DNA from: Bacteroidales bacterium
GTDB taxonomy: Bacteria > Bacteroidota > Bacteroidia > Bacteroidales > UBA932
Direction of reading: 5' to 3'
NCBI GenBank assembly: GCA_041672845.1
Contig: JBAYYV010000003.1
Location: forward strand, 38,506 to 102,505
DNA: 64,000 nt
Below the pieces are notes generated by a model that saw only the letters and a program-made list of their open reading frames with translations, was not told the origin of the DNA and searched no databases. A program made the position numbers and the translations under genes. Positions 18,197-28,741 of the stretch are shown in pieces (positions within the stretch are counted from its first letter, which is position 1; each line of letters begins with the position of its first letter).

Positions 18197-18799
18197 ATGA
18201 ATAAATTATTAGAAGATGCATGTGAACAGTTCTCTACTTTACCTGGAGTAGGAGGCAAAACAGCTATGCGACTTGCATTACATATGTTAAAACAACCTCG
18301 TGAAAATGTAGATAATTTCGCTAATGCAATAGTTAAACTTAGACATAATATTAAATATTGTAGAGAATGTAATTTGATTTGTGATTCTGATTTATGTGAA
18401 ATTTGTGCTAATCCTAAACGAGATCATTCTATTATTTGTGTGGTAGAAAATGTAAGGGAGGTATTAAGTATAGAGGATACTCAAGAATATAACGGCATTT
18501 ATCATGTTTTGGGAGGAATTATTTCTCCTATGGATGGTATAGGTCCTGATGATTTGCCAATTCCCAAATTAATAGATAGAGCTTTTAGAGATACTACTAA
18601 GGAGATTATTTTAGCATTAAGTACATCTGTGGAAGGTGAAACTACTTCTTTTTATTTGTATCGGTTGTTAGAAAAAACAGGGGTGAAAGTAACTACTATT
18701 GCTAGAGGTGTCGGCTTCGGAGATGATTTAGAATATACTGATTCATTAACACTTGGAAGATCCATCACCCATCGGCAAGAATTTTCTCCAGAGCTATAA
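18197..18799 (+). CDS. recR: Recombination protein RecR
   Basis: HhH motif LPGVGGKTA, Cys4 zinc finger CRECNLICDSDLCEIC and a Toprim region (ICVVE...ILALS). Confidence 0.95.
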   Translation: MNKLLEDACEQFSTLPGVGGKTAMRLALHMLKQPRENVDNFANAIVKLRHNIKYCRECNLICDSDLCEICANPKRDHSIICVVENVREVLSIEDTQEYNGIYHVLGGIISPMDGIGPDDLPIPKLIDRAFRDTTKEIILALSTSVEGETTSFYLYRLLEKTGVKVTTIARGVGFGDDLEYTDSLTLGRSITHRQEFSPEL

Positions 18800-18822
18800 T
18801 TTTACGATTAGTAATAAATCAT

Positions 18823-20334
18823 ATGTCTAGTTTCTTAATTTTCTTGATAACCTTTTTTGTTTATACAGTTTCATTGTTTTTCATTTCTTGGAGAACATCG
18901 AAAAAATCTAATATGACTTCTTATTTTAGAGGTGATAGGAAAACGCCTTGGGCTGTGGTAGCATACGGTATGATAGGGGCATCTCTTTCTGGTGTGACTT
19001 TTATTTCTGTTCCTGGAAATGTATTGGCTCAAAATTGGTATTATTTACCTATGGTTATAGGTTTTATCGCAGGGTATGCTTTTATTGCTGAAGTCCTTTT
19101 GCCTATATATTATAAGAAAAATCTTAATTCGATTTATTCATATTTAGGAGATAGATTTGGGCTATATTCTAATAAGACTGCAGCATTTTTCTTTATGATT
19201 TCTAGATTATTAGGAGCAGCTGTTAGGATTTTCGTGGTTATTATTGTTTTTATGACTTTTATTCCTAGTTCATCTATATCAGAAATGGGATTATTTACAA
19301 TAGTAGCGGCTATTTTTCTGCTATTTTTATATCTTTATACTTATCGTGGAGGTGTAAAAACCATCATTTGGACAGATGTATTGCAAACGACTTTTATGCT
19401 TCTAGCTGTATTTATATCTATTTATTTTATAGTAGATAAAATGGATTGGTCTTTTAATGATATGTTTAAATCCATTTTTAATGCTGAGAATCCTTTAATT
19501 CCTGGTGTGAAATTATCTACTTCTATAGATTTAAATTCTTCAAGTGCTACTAATTTTATAAAACAATTCATTTCTGGAGCTTTTGTCTGTATCGCCATGA
19601 CAGGCTTTGATCAAACTATGATGCAGAAGAATTTATCTTGTAGAGATTTGAAATCGGCTAAGAAAAATATGTATAGTACTTCTATTATTATTTTCTTGGT
19701 GAATTTGTTATTCTTGGCTTTAGGGATAATATTGACAGTTTATATTTTCTCTAATGGAGGTATGGATGCTTTCGGTATAAGCAAGACTGACCAGATGTTT
19801 CCAAAAGTGGTTTCTTCGCTAGGAGTAGGAATTACAGTGATATTTTTGATTGGGCTAATTTCTGCGACTTATCCTTCTGCTGGTGGTGCTATGACTTCTC
19901 TAACTAGTTCGTTTTGTATAGATTTTCTTCATTTTGATAAGAGAGCAGACCTGTCGGTCCATACTAAAGAAAAGATGAGGAAGTTTATCCAAGCTATTTT
20001 TGCTTTAATATTGTTAGTGATAATGTGCTTATTATATATTTTGAATAATCAAGCAGTAATCGTACTTGTCTATAAATTAGCATCTTATACATATGGACCG
20101 TTGCTTGGAATTTTCTTTTTCGGTATTTTTACTAATAGAGATGTTAATGATAAAATTATTCCATGGTTGGCCATATCATCACCTATATTATGTTTTCTTC
20201 TAAATTATATTTTCAAAACATTTATTGGATTTGAATTCGGTTTCTGTTTATTAATTGTCAATGCTTTACTGACATTTTTAGGAATGTTCTTTATATCAAA
20301 ACCATCAAATAATATTTGTAAAATAGCAGAATAG
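18823..20334 (+). CDS. Sodium:solute symporter family (SSF) transporter
   Basis: 503 aa with about 13 hydrophobic segments and an SSF-like pattern (GG.KT.IWTDV.Q). Confidence 0.7.
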   Translation: MSSFLIFLITFFVYTVSLFFISWRTSKKSNMTSYFRGDRKTPWAVVAYGMIGASLSGVTFISVPGNVLAQNWYYLPMVIGFIAGYAFIAEVLLPIYYKKNLNSIYSYLGDRFGLYSNKTAAFFFMISRLLGAAVRIFVVIIVFMTFIPSSSISEMGLFTIVAAIFLLFLYLYTYRGGVKTIIWTDVLQTTFMLLAVFISIYFIVDKMDWSFNDMFKSIFNAENPLIPGVKLSTSIDLNSSSATNFIKQFISGAFVCIAMTGFDQTMMQKNLSCRDLKSAKKNMYSTSIIIFLVNLLFLALGIILTVYIFSNGGMDAFGISKTDQMFPKVVSSLGVGITVIFLIGLISATYPSAGGAMTSLTSSFCIDFLHFDKRADLSVHTKEKMRKFIQAIFALILLVIMCLLYILNNQAVIVLVYKLASYTYGPLLGIFFFGIFTNRDVNDKIIPWLAISSPILCFLLNYIFKTFIGFEFGFCLLIVNALLTFLGMFFISKPSNNICKIAE

Positions 20335-20443
20335 ACATATTTATTTCGTTATGTACTATCGTAACTCTACAGTGATAGTAGTTAGACTAAAAAATAAATG
20401 GTAATTAATCTCCAATAGCGAACCCTTCTTTTGATATTTTTTT

Positions 20444-20451
20444 TATCTTTG
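20444..20451 (+). promoter_or_regulatory. -7 promoter box (TATCTTTG) about 180 nt upstream of corA
   Basis: Matches TAnnTTTG and implies an unusually long 5' leader for corA. Confidence 0.35.
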
Positions 20452-20631
20452 TAATGTTAAAAAAATATTCAACAAATGGATGATAATGCTTTTTCGTGTA
20501 AATCAAATACTATGTCAGCATTCGACTTACTATCATTATGGTATGATAGACTCTGCTAAGTTTCGAGTCCGATGGTAATTTAATACTGTCCACCAGTTTT
20601 ATTAATTATTCATCATTTAAGACTTATCACC

Positions 20632-21585
20632 ATGATTAAAATATTTTACAAAGACGAAGCTAATAGAATCACATATACAGAAGAAATCCAAAAGTTAAAC
20701 GACTTTGGATTTGATGATGTAGTTTGGATAGATTTATGTGATCCAGAAGGAGATGAAAAGAGAATAGTAGAGGAATTTCTTGGTACCAAATTACAGTCTA
20801 AAGCTCAAGCAGAAGAAATCGAATCATCTTCTCGTTATTCAGAGTCTGAAACTTCTATTTTTATCAATACTGATTTCTTGATTCCTGGACCTGAAGAGTA
20901 TCAGATGGAATCTGTTTCTTTTATTTTATGTGAGGGTATATTAGTATCTATTAGACACTTAGATTTAAGAAGTTTTGTAGATATACAGAATAAAATATTG
21001 ATTCATCAGAAATTATATCCTACTGGTTATCATATTTTCGTAGGTGTAATAGAAAATCGAATAGATTTAGATGCTGATATGATAGAGTTAATGTCTAAAG
21101 ATATTGACCAATTTAGTCGGAAAATATCTACAAGTAAAGATGTAAATGAAGATTCTTTATTAGATATTAATCAGTTACAAGAAAATACTATGATGATTAG
21201 GGAAAATATCGTAGATAAGCAGCGAATGATCACTGCTATTTTTAGATCTGATAAATTTCCTCATGATGTTTATGGTAAGTTAAATGTTATTATTAAAGAT
21301 ATTAGTTCTCTTATTAATCATACAAATTTTAGCTTTGAAAGATTAGACTATTTACAAAATACTATATTAGGTCTTATTAATTTGGACCAGAATAGGATAA
21401 TGAAAGTATTTACTTTCGTATCATTATTATTAATGCCTCCTACATTAATAGCTTCTATTTATGGAATGAATGTGAAGTTACCTCAAGTAGATTCTCAATA
21501 TTGGGATTTTATTATATTATTAAGTTTAATGATCGTGTCTTTATTAATAGCTTTTACGATATTTAAACATAAAAAAATGTTATAA
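20632..21585 (+). CDS. corA: Magnesium/cobalt transporter CorA
   Basis: YGMNV signature (SIYGMNVKLP) before the last TM helix; 317 aa. Confidence 0.9.
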   Translation: MIKIFYKDEANRITYTEEIQKLNDFGFDDVVWIDLCDPEGDEKRIVEEFLGTKLQSKAQAEEIESSSRYSESETSIFINTDFLIPGPEEYQMESVSFILCEGILVSIRHLDLRSFVDIQNKILIHQKLYPTGYHIFVGVIENRIDLDADMIELMSKDIDQFSRKISTSKDVNEDSLLDINQLQENTMMIRENIVDKQRMITAIFRSDKFPHDVYGKLNVIIKDISSLINHTNFSFERLDYLQNTILGLINLDQNRIMKVFTFVSLLLMPPTLIASIYGMNVKLPQVDSQYWDFIILLSLMIVSLLIAFTIFKHKKML

Positions 21586-21586
21586 A

Positions 21587-22846
21587 ATGGAAAATGAAAT
21601 AAAGGATGTAAATCTCTGGGAAAGTGGTAATAGAAAAATAGATTGGGTGAAAGCTCATATGCCTTTACTTAGAACTCTTGAAAAAAGATTTGCTAAAGAT
21701 CAAACTTTTAAAGGTTTAAAAATAGCGTTATCTATTCATTTAGAAGCTAAGACAGCTTATTTATGTAAGGTGTTAGCTGCTGGGGGAGCGGATATGTATA
21801 TTACAGGTTCTAACCCTCTTTCTACTCAAGATGATATCGCTGCTGCTTTAGTTCATGAAGGTCTTAAAGTATTTGCATGGTATAATTCTACTCCAGAAGA
21901 GTATCAGAGACATATTTCTAAAGTAGTAGAATGTGGCCCTAACATTATCTTGGATGATGGTGGGGATTTAGTTAATCTTATTCATTCTAAATATCCTGCT
22001 TTACTTAATAATGTTTATGGAGGTTGCGAACAAACTACTACTGGAATCAAGAATCTTTTAGCCATGGATAGGGCTGATATTTTAAAATTTCCTATGATGT
22101 TAGTTAATGATGCCAAGTGTAAGCATTTCTTTGATAATAGATATGGTACAGGTCAGTCCGTTTGGACAGGTATTAATACTACTACTAATTTAATAGTAGC
22201 AGGTAAAACAGCTGTAGTAGCAGGATATGGATGGTGTGGTAGAGGTGTCGCTATGAGAGCTAAAGGTTTGGGTGCTAAGGTGATAGTTACAGAAGTAGAT
22301 CCAGTGAAAGCTATAGAAGCTGTAATGGATGGTTTTTCTGTAATGCCTATGGCTGAAGCGGCTAAAGAAGGTGAGATTTTTGTAACAGTAACAGGAGATA
22401 TAAATGTTATTACTACAGATCATTTTAAGTTAATGAAAGATGGAGCTGTTTGTTGTAATGCTGGTGCTTTTGATACGGAATTAGATATCGCAGGAATTAA
22501 AAGGATAGCTGTAGAAACCAAATTAGCACGTAAAAATATAATGTCTTATAAAATGGACAATGGAAATTGGATAAATATTTTAGCGGAAGGAAGATTGGTT
22601 AATCTTTCTGCTGGTGATGGTCATCCTGCAGAAATTATGGATATGAGTTTTGCTATAGAGGCAGTATCAGCTGAATATGTAGTTAAAAACCATAAAAACT
22701 TTAATCGTGATTATAAAAAAACTATGACGATAAATGTTCCAGAAGAATTAGATACAGAGGTAGCTAGCCTTAAATTAAAATTCGGGGGCTTACAAATAGA
22801 TATACTTACTCCTGAACAACATAAATATATAGAACAAGTACATTAA
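21587..22846 (+). CDS. ahcY: Adenosylhomocysteinase (short, about 420-aa form)
   Basis: HLEAKTA, DDGGDL, EQTTTG and the NAD-binding motif GYGWCGRGVA. Confidence 0.92.
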   Translation: MENEIKDVNLWESGNRKIDWVKAHMPLLRTLEKRFAKDQTFKGLKIALSIHLEAKTAYLCKVLAAGGADMYITGSNPLSTQDDIAAALVHEGLKVFAWYNSTPEEYQRHISKVVECGPNIILDDGGDLVNLIHSKYPALLNNVYGGCEQTTTGIKNLLAMDRADILKFPMMLVNDAKCKHFFDNRYGTGQSVWTGINTTTNLIVAGKTAVVAGYGWCGRGVAMRAKGLGAKVIVTEVDPVKAIEAVMDGFSVMPMAEAAKEGEIFVTVTGDINVITTDHFKLMKDGAVCCNAGAFDTELDIAGIKRIAVETKLARKNIMSYKMDNGNWINILAEGRLVNLSAGDGHPAEIMDMSFAIEAVSAEYVVKNHKNFNRDYKKTMTINVPEELDTEVASLKLKFGGLQIDILTPEQHKYIEQVH

Positions 22847-22916
22847 TATTTTAAGGAATTAAGTAAAATATTTAACTAATAAACGAAACACATTAAAATA
22901 ACATAATTATTCAGTA

Positions 22917-24362
22917 ATGTCAAAAGTAAAATTTTACAGAGATATAGAACTCCCTTTAGAATTCCACAAAGCTAGAGTGGTACAGAGGGTACATCTTTTA
23001 CCTATTGATGAAAGATTAAAAGCTATAGAAAAAGCAGGCTTTAATACATATCGTATTAATTCAGAAGATGTTTATCTAGATATGTTAACTGATAGTGGAA
23101 CGAACGCTATGAGTGATGTACAGCTAGCTACCATGATGAGGGCAGATGATGCATATGCAGGATCTAAGACTTATCAGAGATTACAAGATGCTGTTAAAGA
23201 AATATTTGGGAAGAATTTTGTACTCCCAGCTCATCAAGGTAGAGGTGCAGAAAATATTATCACACGTGCTTTAGTACATCAGGGAGATTATATTCCTATG
23301 AACTATCATTTTGGTAGTACCGTAGCTCATATAGGTATAGCTGGAGCTAAATATTGTGAATTATTATATCCAGGGGCTTTTGATTCTGATTCTGATAATC
23401 CTTTTAAAGGGAATATGAATATCGAAAAACTTGAAGAATTCATCAACAAAGTAGGTACAGATAAGATTCCATTCATAAGAATGGAGGCATCTACTAACCT
23501 TATCGGTGGTCAGCCTTTCTCCATGAAGAATTATGAAGATGTACGTAAGGTAGCTGATAAATATGGTCTTAAAATCGTATTGGATGCTAGTTTACTGGAA
23601 GGAAATGCTTATTTAATCATTCGCAGAGAAAAAGAATATGTGAATAGTACTATGGCTGAAGTAGTTAAAAAAATGGCTTCATTATGTGATTTGTTGTATT
23701 TCTCAGCTAGAAAACTTTCCTGTACTAGAGGTGCTGGTATTTGTCTTAATGATGAAGCTACTTATCTTCAAATGCAAATGTTAGTAGCTGTTTATGAAGG
23801 GTTCGTTACTTATGGTGGTATGTCTATGAAAGAAATGGAGGCTATGGTAACCGGCCTTTATGAAATGTTAGATATAGATACTGCTCGTCAAAATCCTGAT
23901 TTCATTAAATTCTTCATAGATGAAGCAGTAAAGAGAGGACTTCCTGTAGTCACTCCTGCTGGTGTCTTAGGTGGACATTTAGATGCTAAAAAATTCTGTG
24001 ATCATATTCCTCAAAAAGAACTTCAAGCAGCTGCCTTAGTAAGTGCTATATTTATTTGTTCTGGAGTTAGAGGTATGGAAGGGGGGTCGCTTTCTGAAGT
24101 AGATTCTAAAGATCCTAATTATTTCGCTGATATGGAATTAGTTCGTCTTGCTTTTCCTAGAAGAGTGTTTACTTTGTCTCAGACATTATATGTACTAGAT
24201 AGACTTGAATGGTTATATGATAACAGGAAATTAATCCATGGTATGAAATTCGTTGATGAACCTAATGTTCCAAGAAACTTTCGTTCAATGTGTAAACCAG
24301 TTGACGACTGGACTCATATACTAATTGCTAAATTTAAAAAAGATTTCGGCGATAGTCTATAA
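22917..24362 (+). CDS. tnaA: Tryptophanase / tyrosine phenol-lyase family beta-eliminating lyase
   Basis: DMLTDSGTNAMS, DDAYAGS, PAHQGRGAENI, a PLP-lysine region FSARK and FVTYGGM. It is collinear with E. coli TnaA. Whether the substrate is Trp or Tyr cannot be decided by eye. Confidence 0.75.
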   Translation: MSKVKFYRDIELPLEFHKARVVQRVHLLPIDERLKAIEKAGFNTYRINSEDVYLDMLTDSGTNAMSDVQLATMMRADDAYAGSKTYQRLQDAVKEIFGKNFVLPAHQGRGAENIITRALVHQGDYIPMNYHFGSTVAHIGIAGAKYCELLYPGAFDSDSDNPFKGNMNIEKLEEFINKVGTDKIPFIRMEASTNLIGGQPFSMKNYEDVRKVADKYGLKIVLDASLLEGNAYLIIRREKEYVNSTMAEVVKKMASLCDLLYFSARKLSCTRGAGICLNDEATYLQMQMLVAVYEGFVTYGGMSMKEMEAMVTGLYEMLDIDTARQNPDFIKFFIDEAVKRGLPVVTPAGVLGGHLDAKKFCDHIPQKELQAAALVSAIFICSGVRGMEGGSLSEVDSKDPNYFADMELVRLAFPRRVFTLSQTLYVLDRLEWLYDNRKLIHGMKFVDEPNVPRNFRSMCKPVDDWTHILIAKFKKDFGDSL

Positions 24363-24396
24363 GAATTTTAATTTAGATAAATCAGATTAAAAAAAT

Positions 24397-24430
24397 AAAA
24401 GGCAACCATTAGGCTGCCTTTTATTTTTTT
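24397..24430. terminator. Bidirectional rho-independent terminator between the convergent tnaA-like and V-ATPase K genes
   Basis: AAAAGGCAACC-ATTA-GGCTGCCTTTT hairpin (one mismatch), flanked by an A-run and a T-run. Confidence 0.7.
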
Positions 24431-24440
24431 AGATTAATTA

Positions 24441-24893
24441 TTAAAGTGCTAAAAAAGCTGATGCGAAGGCTAAAATAGCATAAAGTTCTGGGAATACAGC
24501 TAAGATCATTGTTCTACCGAATACGTCTTGTCCGTTTGATATTTCGTTAATACCATTAGCTACTAATTTAGCTTGTCTGATAGCTGAGTAATAACCTACG
24601 ATACCTGTGGCAAGTGCTGCAGCACACATAGCTAAACCTGCATTTAAAGATAAGGCTGTTTCCATTCCTTTTAGTTTATTAAGCATAAGAAAGAATCCAG
24701 CGAATCCGTATAATCCTTGAGTAGATGGAAGAGCTGTTAAAATCATGGCAGAACCAAACATATCAGGATTCTTTTTTAATGCTGATACTGTGGCGTTACC
24801 GCCGATGGTTACTCCGATGGCTGATCCGATACATGCCATTGTTATCATGATGGCCATGCCTGTGTAGGCTAAAATTAAGGGTAATGTTTCCAT
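24441..24893 (-). CDS. V-type ATPase proteolipid subunit K (c), Na+-binding type
   Basis: 150 aa with four TM helices. LPSTQGLYGF, SAIRQAK and FPELYAIL align with the Thr64/Gln65, Gln110 and Glu139 Na+ ligands of Enterococcus hirae NtpK as I recall them. Confidence 0.85.
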   Translation of the reverse strand: METLPLILAYTGMAIMITMACIGSAIGVTIGGNATVSALKKNPDMFGSAMILTALPSTQGLYGFAGFFLMLNKLKGMETALSLNAGLAMCAAALATGIVGYYSAIRQAKLVANGINEISNGQDVFGRTMILAVFPELYAILAFASAFLAL

Positions 24894-24958
24894 AATGAAA
24901 TTAATTATTTGTTTATTATTTTGTTATTCGTTTAATTATTATTTACAGTTAGTTTATA

Positions 24959-26764
24959 TTATTCACTGACTGTTACTTTTTTTCTGAAAGGATGGAAGGC
25001 ACGGCCTCCTCCTGCAAATTCTGCATTTTTGTAAAATTCTACGAAGGTTAACCTCATAGGATGTACGAAAGCCCCAAGTGATGATATGGCTAATACAAAT
25101 GTATGTCCTATAATTAGCATAAGTACGGCTAAGAACCAGCCTAAGTAAGGAATTCCTGACATTTGTATAGCGACAGAATCCACTACTAAACCTAATATAG
25201 CTCCAGAAGTACCTAGCCCAAATAATCTTATATAAGATAATACGTCTCCGAATATTCCTGTTATATCATATAATGAAGCTATTCCTTTAATAGGTCTCAT
25301 CCAGAATTTCTTATCTGGTTTACTGCAGCATATGATTAGAGCTATACCTCCCCATATTAATATTTTATTAACTAAATCTGGGAAATATTGTTTTTCTGCC
25401 ATACTTCCTGCATACATAAATGTAAAAACTATTATTAACATTATCCAACCGATATTGGTAAGAGCATGATCCCAGTTTCTTTTCTTTAAGCAGTCTATTA
25501 TATTTATTAATCTACCAAATATGATGTGGACGATACCAAATAGGATACCGAACCAGAATAATTGCATATCAGATAAGAATAATTTAGATATTCGATCAGG
25601 GAAGCTAAACAATTCATATATTTTAGTACCGAAGAATCCTCCACTTAAAGCAGGTATTATTATAGTACCTATACCTAGATACATGACTAATTTGCCATAT
25701 TCTTTCATCTTAGGTAATTTCCACATCATGAATAGTCCTATTAATAATAATACAAGACCGTAACCCATATCTCCTAAACAGAAGCCGAAGAACAGCATAT
25801 AGAAAGGAGCGAAGTATGGAGTCAAGTCTGGCTCATTATATTTAGGAAGCATATATAAATCTCCAATAGCCTCGAAAGGTTTGGTGAATATATTATTCTT
25901 GAGTTTAATAGGAGGATTATCTTCTATTTTCGCTGCATCTTTAATGAAGTAAACATCAGAATTTTCTAGAAATTCTAATATTTTTTCATCTTCAGAAGTA
26001 GGAGCGAAACTTTCTAGTACAGCTATAGAATCTTCTCCAGAAGTAACTGTAGAAATTTTAGCGAAGTAGTAATCTAAATCATTATTAGTACTGTCGTACA
26101 ATTCTGTTATTCTTGGTAGAAATTCAGGAATATAAATCACTTTCCTTTCTAAGAAATCTAATCTATTAGTTAGATCTTTTATCTCAGCTGTTAATTCACT
26201 TACTGAACGTTCAGGTAATTTGGCTTCTTGAAGAGAAAATTTAAAATCCTGGTCTTTAGATAATATAACGAAATAAGTTCGTGGATTATCTTTAGCACTT
26301 AATATTTGTAGGATATTTTCATTTTCCCAATTTGTATCGAATTTTTTGGCTGCAGTAACATAGAAATAAAGTCTATATCCTAATTCTTCTAGTTTAGTTA
26401 TATCAGATTTATTAAAATCACCCCAAGATATAGCATCTGACAAATCTCTTTTTCTCTGTGCGAGAAGATCTGTTAGAGTTTTTCTTTCAGTTAAAATATT
26501 ATTTATAACATCTAATATATTCTCTTCATTTTCAATCTCAAATTTTAAAGCTTTTTTTTCAGATTTTACTTTGGCGACATTTTTAATATCTCTTATAAGT
26601 TTTTTATATTTATTAGAAATAGCCATAAGTGCTTTAGAATGTTCATCCATAGCACGAGTAGATCTTGTGATATCTATCATGCCGAAATCCCTAAGTTTAT
26701 CAAGGAATGGTTCTAGTTCGCTATTAACAAGAACTAGGGAGTATTTGGTCATTTTGTTAATCAT
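24959..26764 (-). CDS. V-type ATPase subunit I (a)
   Basis: 601 aa with a hydrophilic coiled N-terminal half and a polytopic C-terminal half containing the conserved SYIRLFGLG arginine motif. Confidence 0.85.
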   Translation of the reverse strand: MINKMTKYSLVLVNSELEPFLDKLRDFGMIDITRSTRAMDEHSKALMAISNKYKKLIRDIKNVAKVKSEKKALKFEIENEENILDVINNILTERKTLTDLLAQRKRDLSDAISWGDFNKSDITKLEELGYRLYFYVTAAKKFDTNWENENILQILSAKDNPRTYFVILSKDQDFKFSLQEAKLPERSVSELTAEIKDLTNRLDFLERKVIYIPEFLPRITELYDSTNNDLDYYFAKISTVTSGEDSIAVLESFAPTSEDEKILEFLENSDVYFIKDAAKIEDNPPIKLKNNIFTKPFEAIGDLYMLPKYNEPDLTPYFAPFYMLFFGFCLGDMGYGLVLLLIGLFMMWKLPKMKEYGKLVMYLGIGTIIIPALSGGFFGTKIYELFSFPDRISKLFLSDMQLFWFGILFGIVHIIFGRLINIIDCLKKRNWDHALTNIGWIMLIIVFTFMYAGSMAEKQYFPDLVNKILIWGGIALIICCSKPDKKFWMRPIKGIASLYDITGIFGDVLSYIRLFGLGTSGAILGLVVDSVAIQMSGIPYLGWFLAVLMLIIGHTFVLAISSLGAFVHPMRLTFVEFYKNAEFAGGGRAFHPFRKKVTVSE

Positions 26765-27363
26765 GCTTCTTCCTCCTCTTTATCATGTCTAGCTTTTACT
26801 ATCTTTTGAGCAGCTTTTGATAAATTTTCTTCATCTTCCATATAGCGTTTGATCTTTAATATCGCATCTTTATATCCAGGAATCTGTACTTTTTCGTACA
26901 AATTTACTTTTTGAGTGGTTTTTTTTCTAGAATAGTCAAGAAGTCGGCTTCTTTCTGAATATACTTCAGATTCGATACCTAATCTTGCTAAATTTTGAAG
27001 AATACCTATACCTTGTGAATACCAAAGAGGTTTAGCGAAAAGATTAAATTCTTTTACTTCATAATGAATCTCTTTTAGCTCAGGTACTTTAATACCTGCG
27101 AATTTGACTATTTCTAAATCTACATCTGTGATGCGAATTAATCCACTTTCAAATTCATTCCATAAACCAGCGAGATAATTATATTCTTGAAGTGAAGAAG
27201 ATAGCTGTTCCAAAAGAGCTTCAGAATGCTGCTTAGCCTTTTTAACTTCAATACGAAGAGCGGATTCTTTGTTCTGAAGGGTAGGTAAAGTATTCGTACG
27301 AACTTTCAATTGCTTGTTAAGCTCGTTTAATGAAGTCTTATTATATTGGAATTTTATAGCCAT
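26761..27363 (-). CDS. V-type ATPase subunit D
   Basis: 200-aa coiled-coil protein in the conserved operon position, with a 4-nt overlap with subunit I. Confidence 0.8.
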   Translation of the reverse strand: MAIKFQYNKTSLNELNKQLKVRTNTLPTLQNKESALRIEVKKAKQHSEALLEQLSSSLQEYNYLAGLWNEFESGLIRITDVDLEIVKFAGIKVPELKEIHYEVKEFNLFAKPLWYSQGIGILQNLARLGIESEVYSERSRLLDYSRKKTTQKVNLYEKVQIPGYKDAILKIKRYMEDEENLSKAAQKIVKARHDKEEEEA

Positions 27364-27370
27364 CTTTTAT

Positions 27371-28741
27371 TTATTTAGTAGCTTCATTAGGGGCATCAGC
27401 CTTAGCTTCAGCTTGTTTCTTAGGTTCTTTCCAATACTTATCTATAAATTTCTGTTTTAATCCTGTCTCAGCTTGTGAGAAATATTTTCCGAATAATTCC
27501 CAACCAGTATCTAACATCTCATCGATTGGAATATTTACATCGATAGCTAAAAGTCTATTTGAATAGTCTTTAGCATATTTAAGACAACGTAAGTCATAAT
27601 CACTTAAATCAAACCCATTTTCAAGTTTGGTTTTAGCATTAGCAGCATCAGCGTACAAACGTATGGCTGTATTCATTACTTGATTATGATCTTCTCTAGT
27701 TTTCTTACCGATAACATTTTGTTTCAGTCGAGATAGAGAACGGAATGGGTCGATAATTACTTTACCAGTATCTGTATCAGTACGTAAGAATAACTGACCT
27801 TCAGTGATATAACCTGTATTATCAGGAATAGCGTGAGTAATATCTCCATCATTAAGTGTAGTTACAGCGATAATGGTAATAGAACCACCATCTGGTAATT
27901 GTACAGCTTTTTCATAAATCTTAGCTAAGTCAGAATAAAGTGAACCTGGCATAGAATCTTTAGATGGAATTTGATCCATACGATTACTTACGATAGATAA
28001 AGCATCAGCATATAAAGTCATATCTGTCAATAATACTAACACTTTTTCATTTTTATCTACTGCGAAATATTCAGCAGCTGTAAGTGCCATATCTGGAATC
28101 AAAAGTCTTTCTACTGGTGGCTGTTCGGTCGTATTAATAAATGAAATAATCTTATCCAGAGCACCAGCATTTTCGAAAAGCTGTTTGAAATATAAGTAAT
28201 CATCATTAGATAATCCCATACCTCCTAAGATAATCTTGTCTACATCAGCTCTCAGTGCTACTTGAGCCATAACTTGGTTATAAGGCTGATCTGAGTTAGC
28301 GAAAAATGGAATTTTCTGTCCTGATACGATGGTATTATTTAAATCGATACCTGCTATACCAGTAGGAATAATTTCTGATGGTTGTTTTCTTTTATAAGGA
28401 TTTACTGATGGCCCTCCGATTTCTCTTCTTTCACCTTCTACTTTAGGTCCATTATCAATAGGTTCTCCATAAGCATTAAAAAATCTTCCAGAAAGTTCTT
28501 CACTAACATTTAATGAAGGTGCTTCACCTATGAAAACTACTTCTGCATTAGTGGGAATAGCTTCTGTACCTTTGAAAACCTGAAGTGTAATAATATTACC
28601 TTTTATTTTTACTACCTGAGCAAGACGACCATCTACGTAGGCAAGTTCATCATTTTTTACGCCTTGAGCTCGCAGTGAAATAGTAGCTTTGGTAATAGCT
28701 TCTAGTTTCGTGTATATTTTCTGAAATGCTTTAGTCGACAT
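27371..28741 (-). CDS. V-type ATPase subunit B
   Basis: 456 aa, a non-catalytic A/B-family fold (GQKIPFF, TDMTLYADALS, PGSLYSDLAKIYE). Confidence 0.92.
   Translation of the reverse strand: MSTKAFQKIYTKLEAITKATISLRAQGVKNDELAYVDGRLAQVVKIKGNIITLQVFKGTEAIPTNAEVVFIGEAPSLNVSEELSGRFFNAYGEPIDNGPKVEGERREIGGPSVNPYKRKQPSEIIPTGIAGIDLNNTIVSGQKIPFFANSDQPYNQVMAQVALRADVDKIILGGMGLSNDDYLYFKQLFENAGALDKIISFINTTEQPPVERLLIPDMALTAAEYFAVDKNEKVLVLLTDMTLYADALSIVSNRMDQIPSKDSMPGSLYSDLAKIYEKAVQLPDGGSITIIAVTTLNDGDITHAIPDNTGYITEGQLFLRTDTDTGKVIIDPFRSLSRLKQNVIGKKTREDHNQVMNTAIRLYADAANAKTKLENGFDLSDYDLRCLKYAKDYSNRLLAIDVNIPIDEMLDTGWELFGKYFSQAETGLKQKFIDKYWKEPKKQAEAKADAPNEATK

Noticed and set aside
20444-20631. M-box (Mg2+) riboswitch upstream of corA
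   Set aside because: I could not recognise the conserved M-box core, and the element is mostly a Firmicutes feature. I kept it only as an unexplained long leader.
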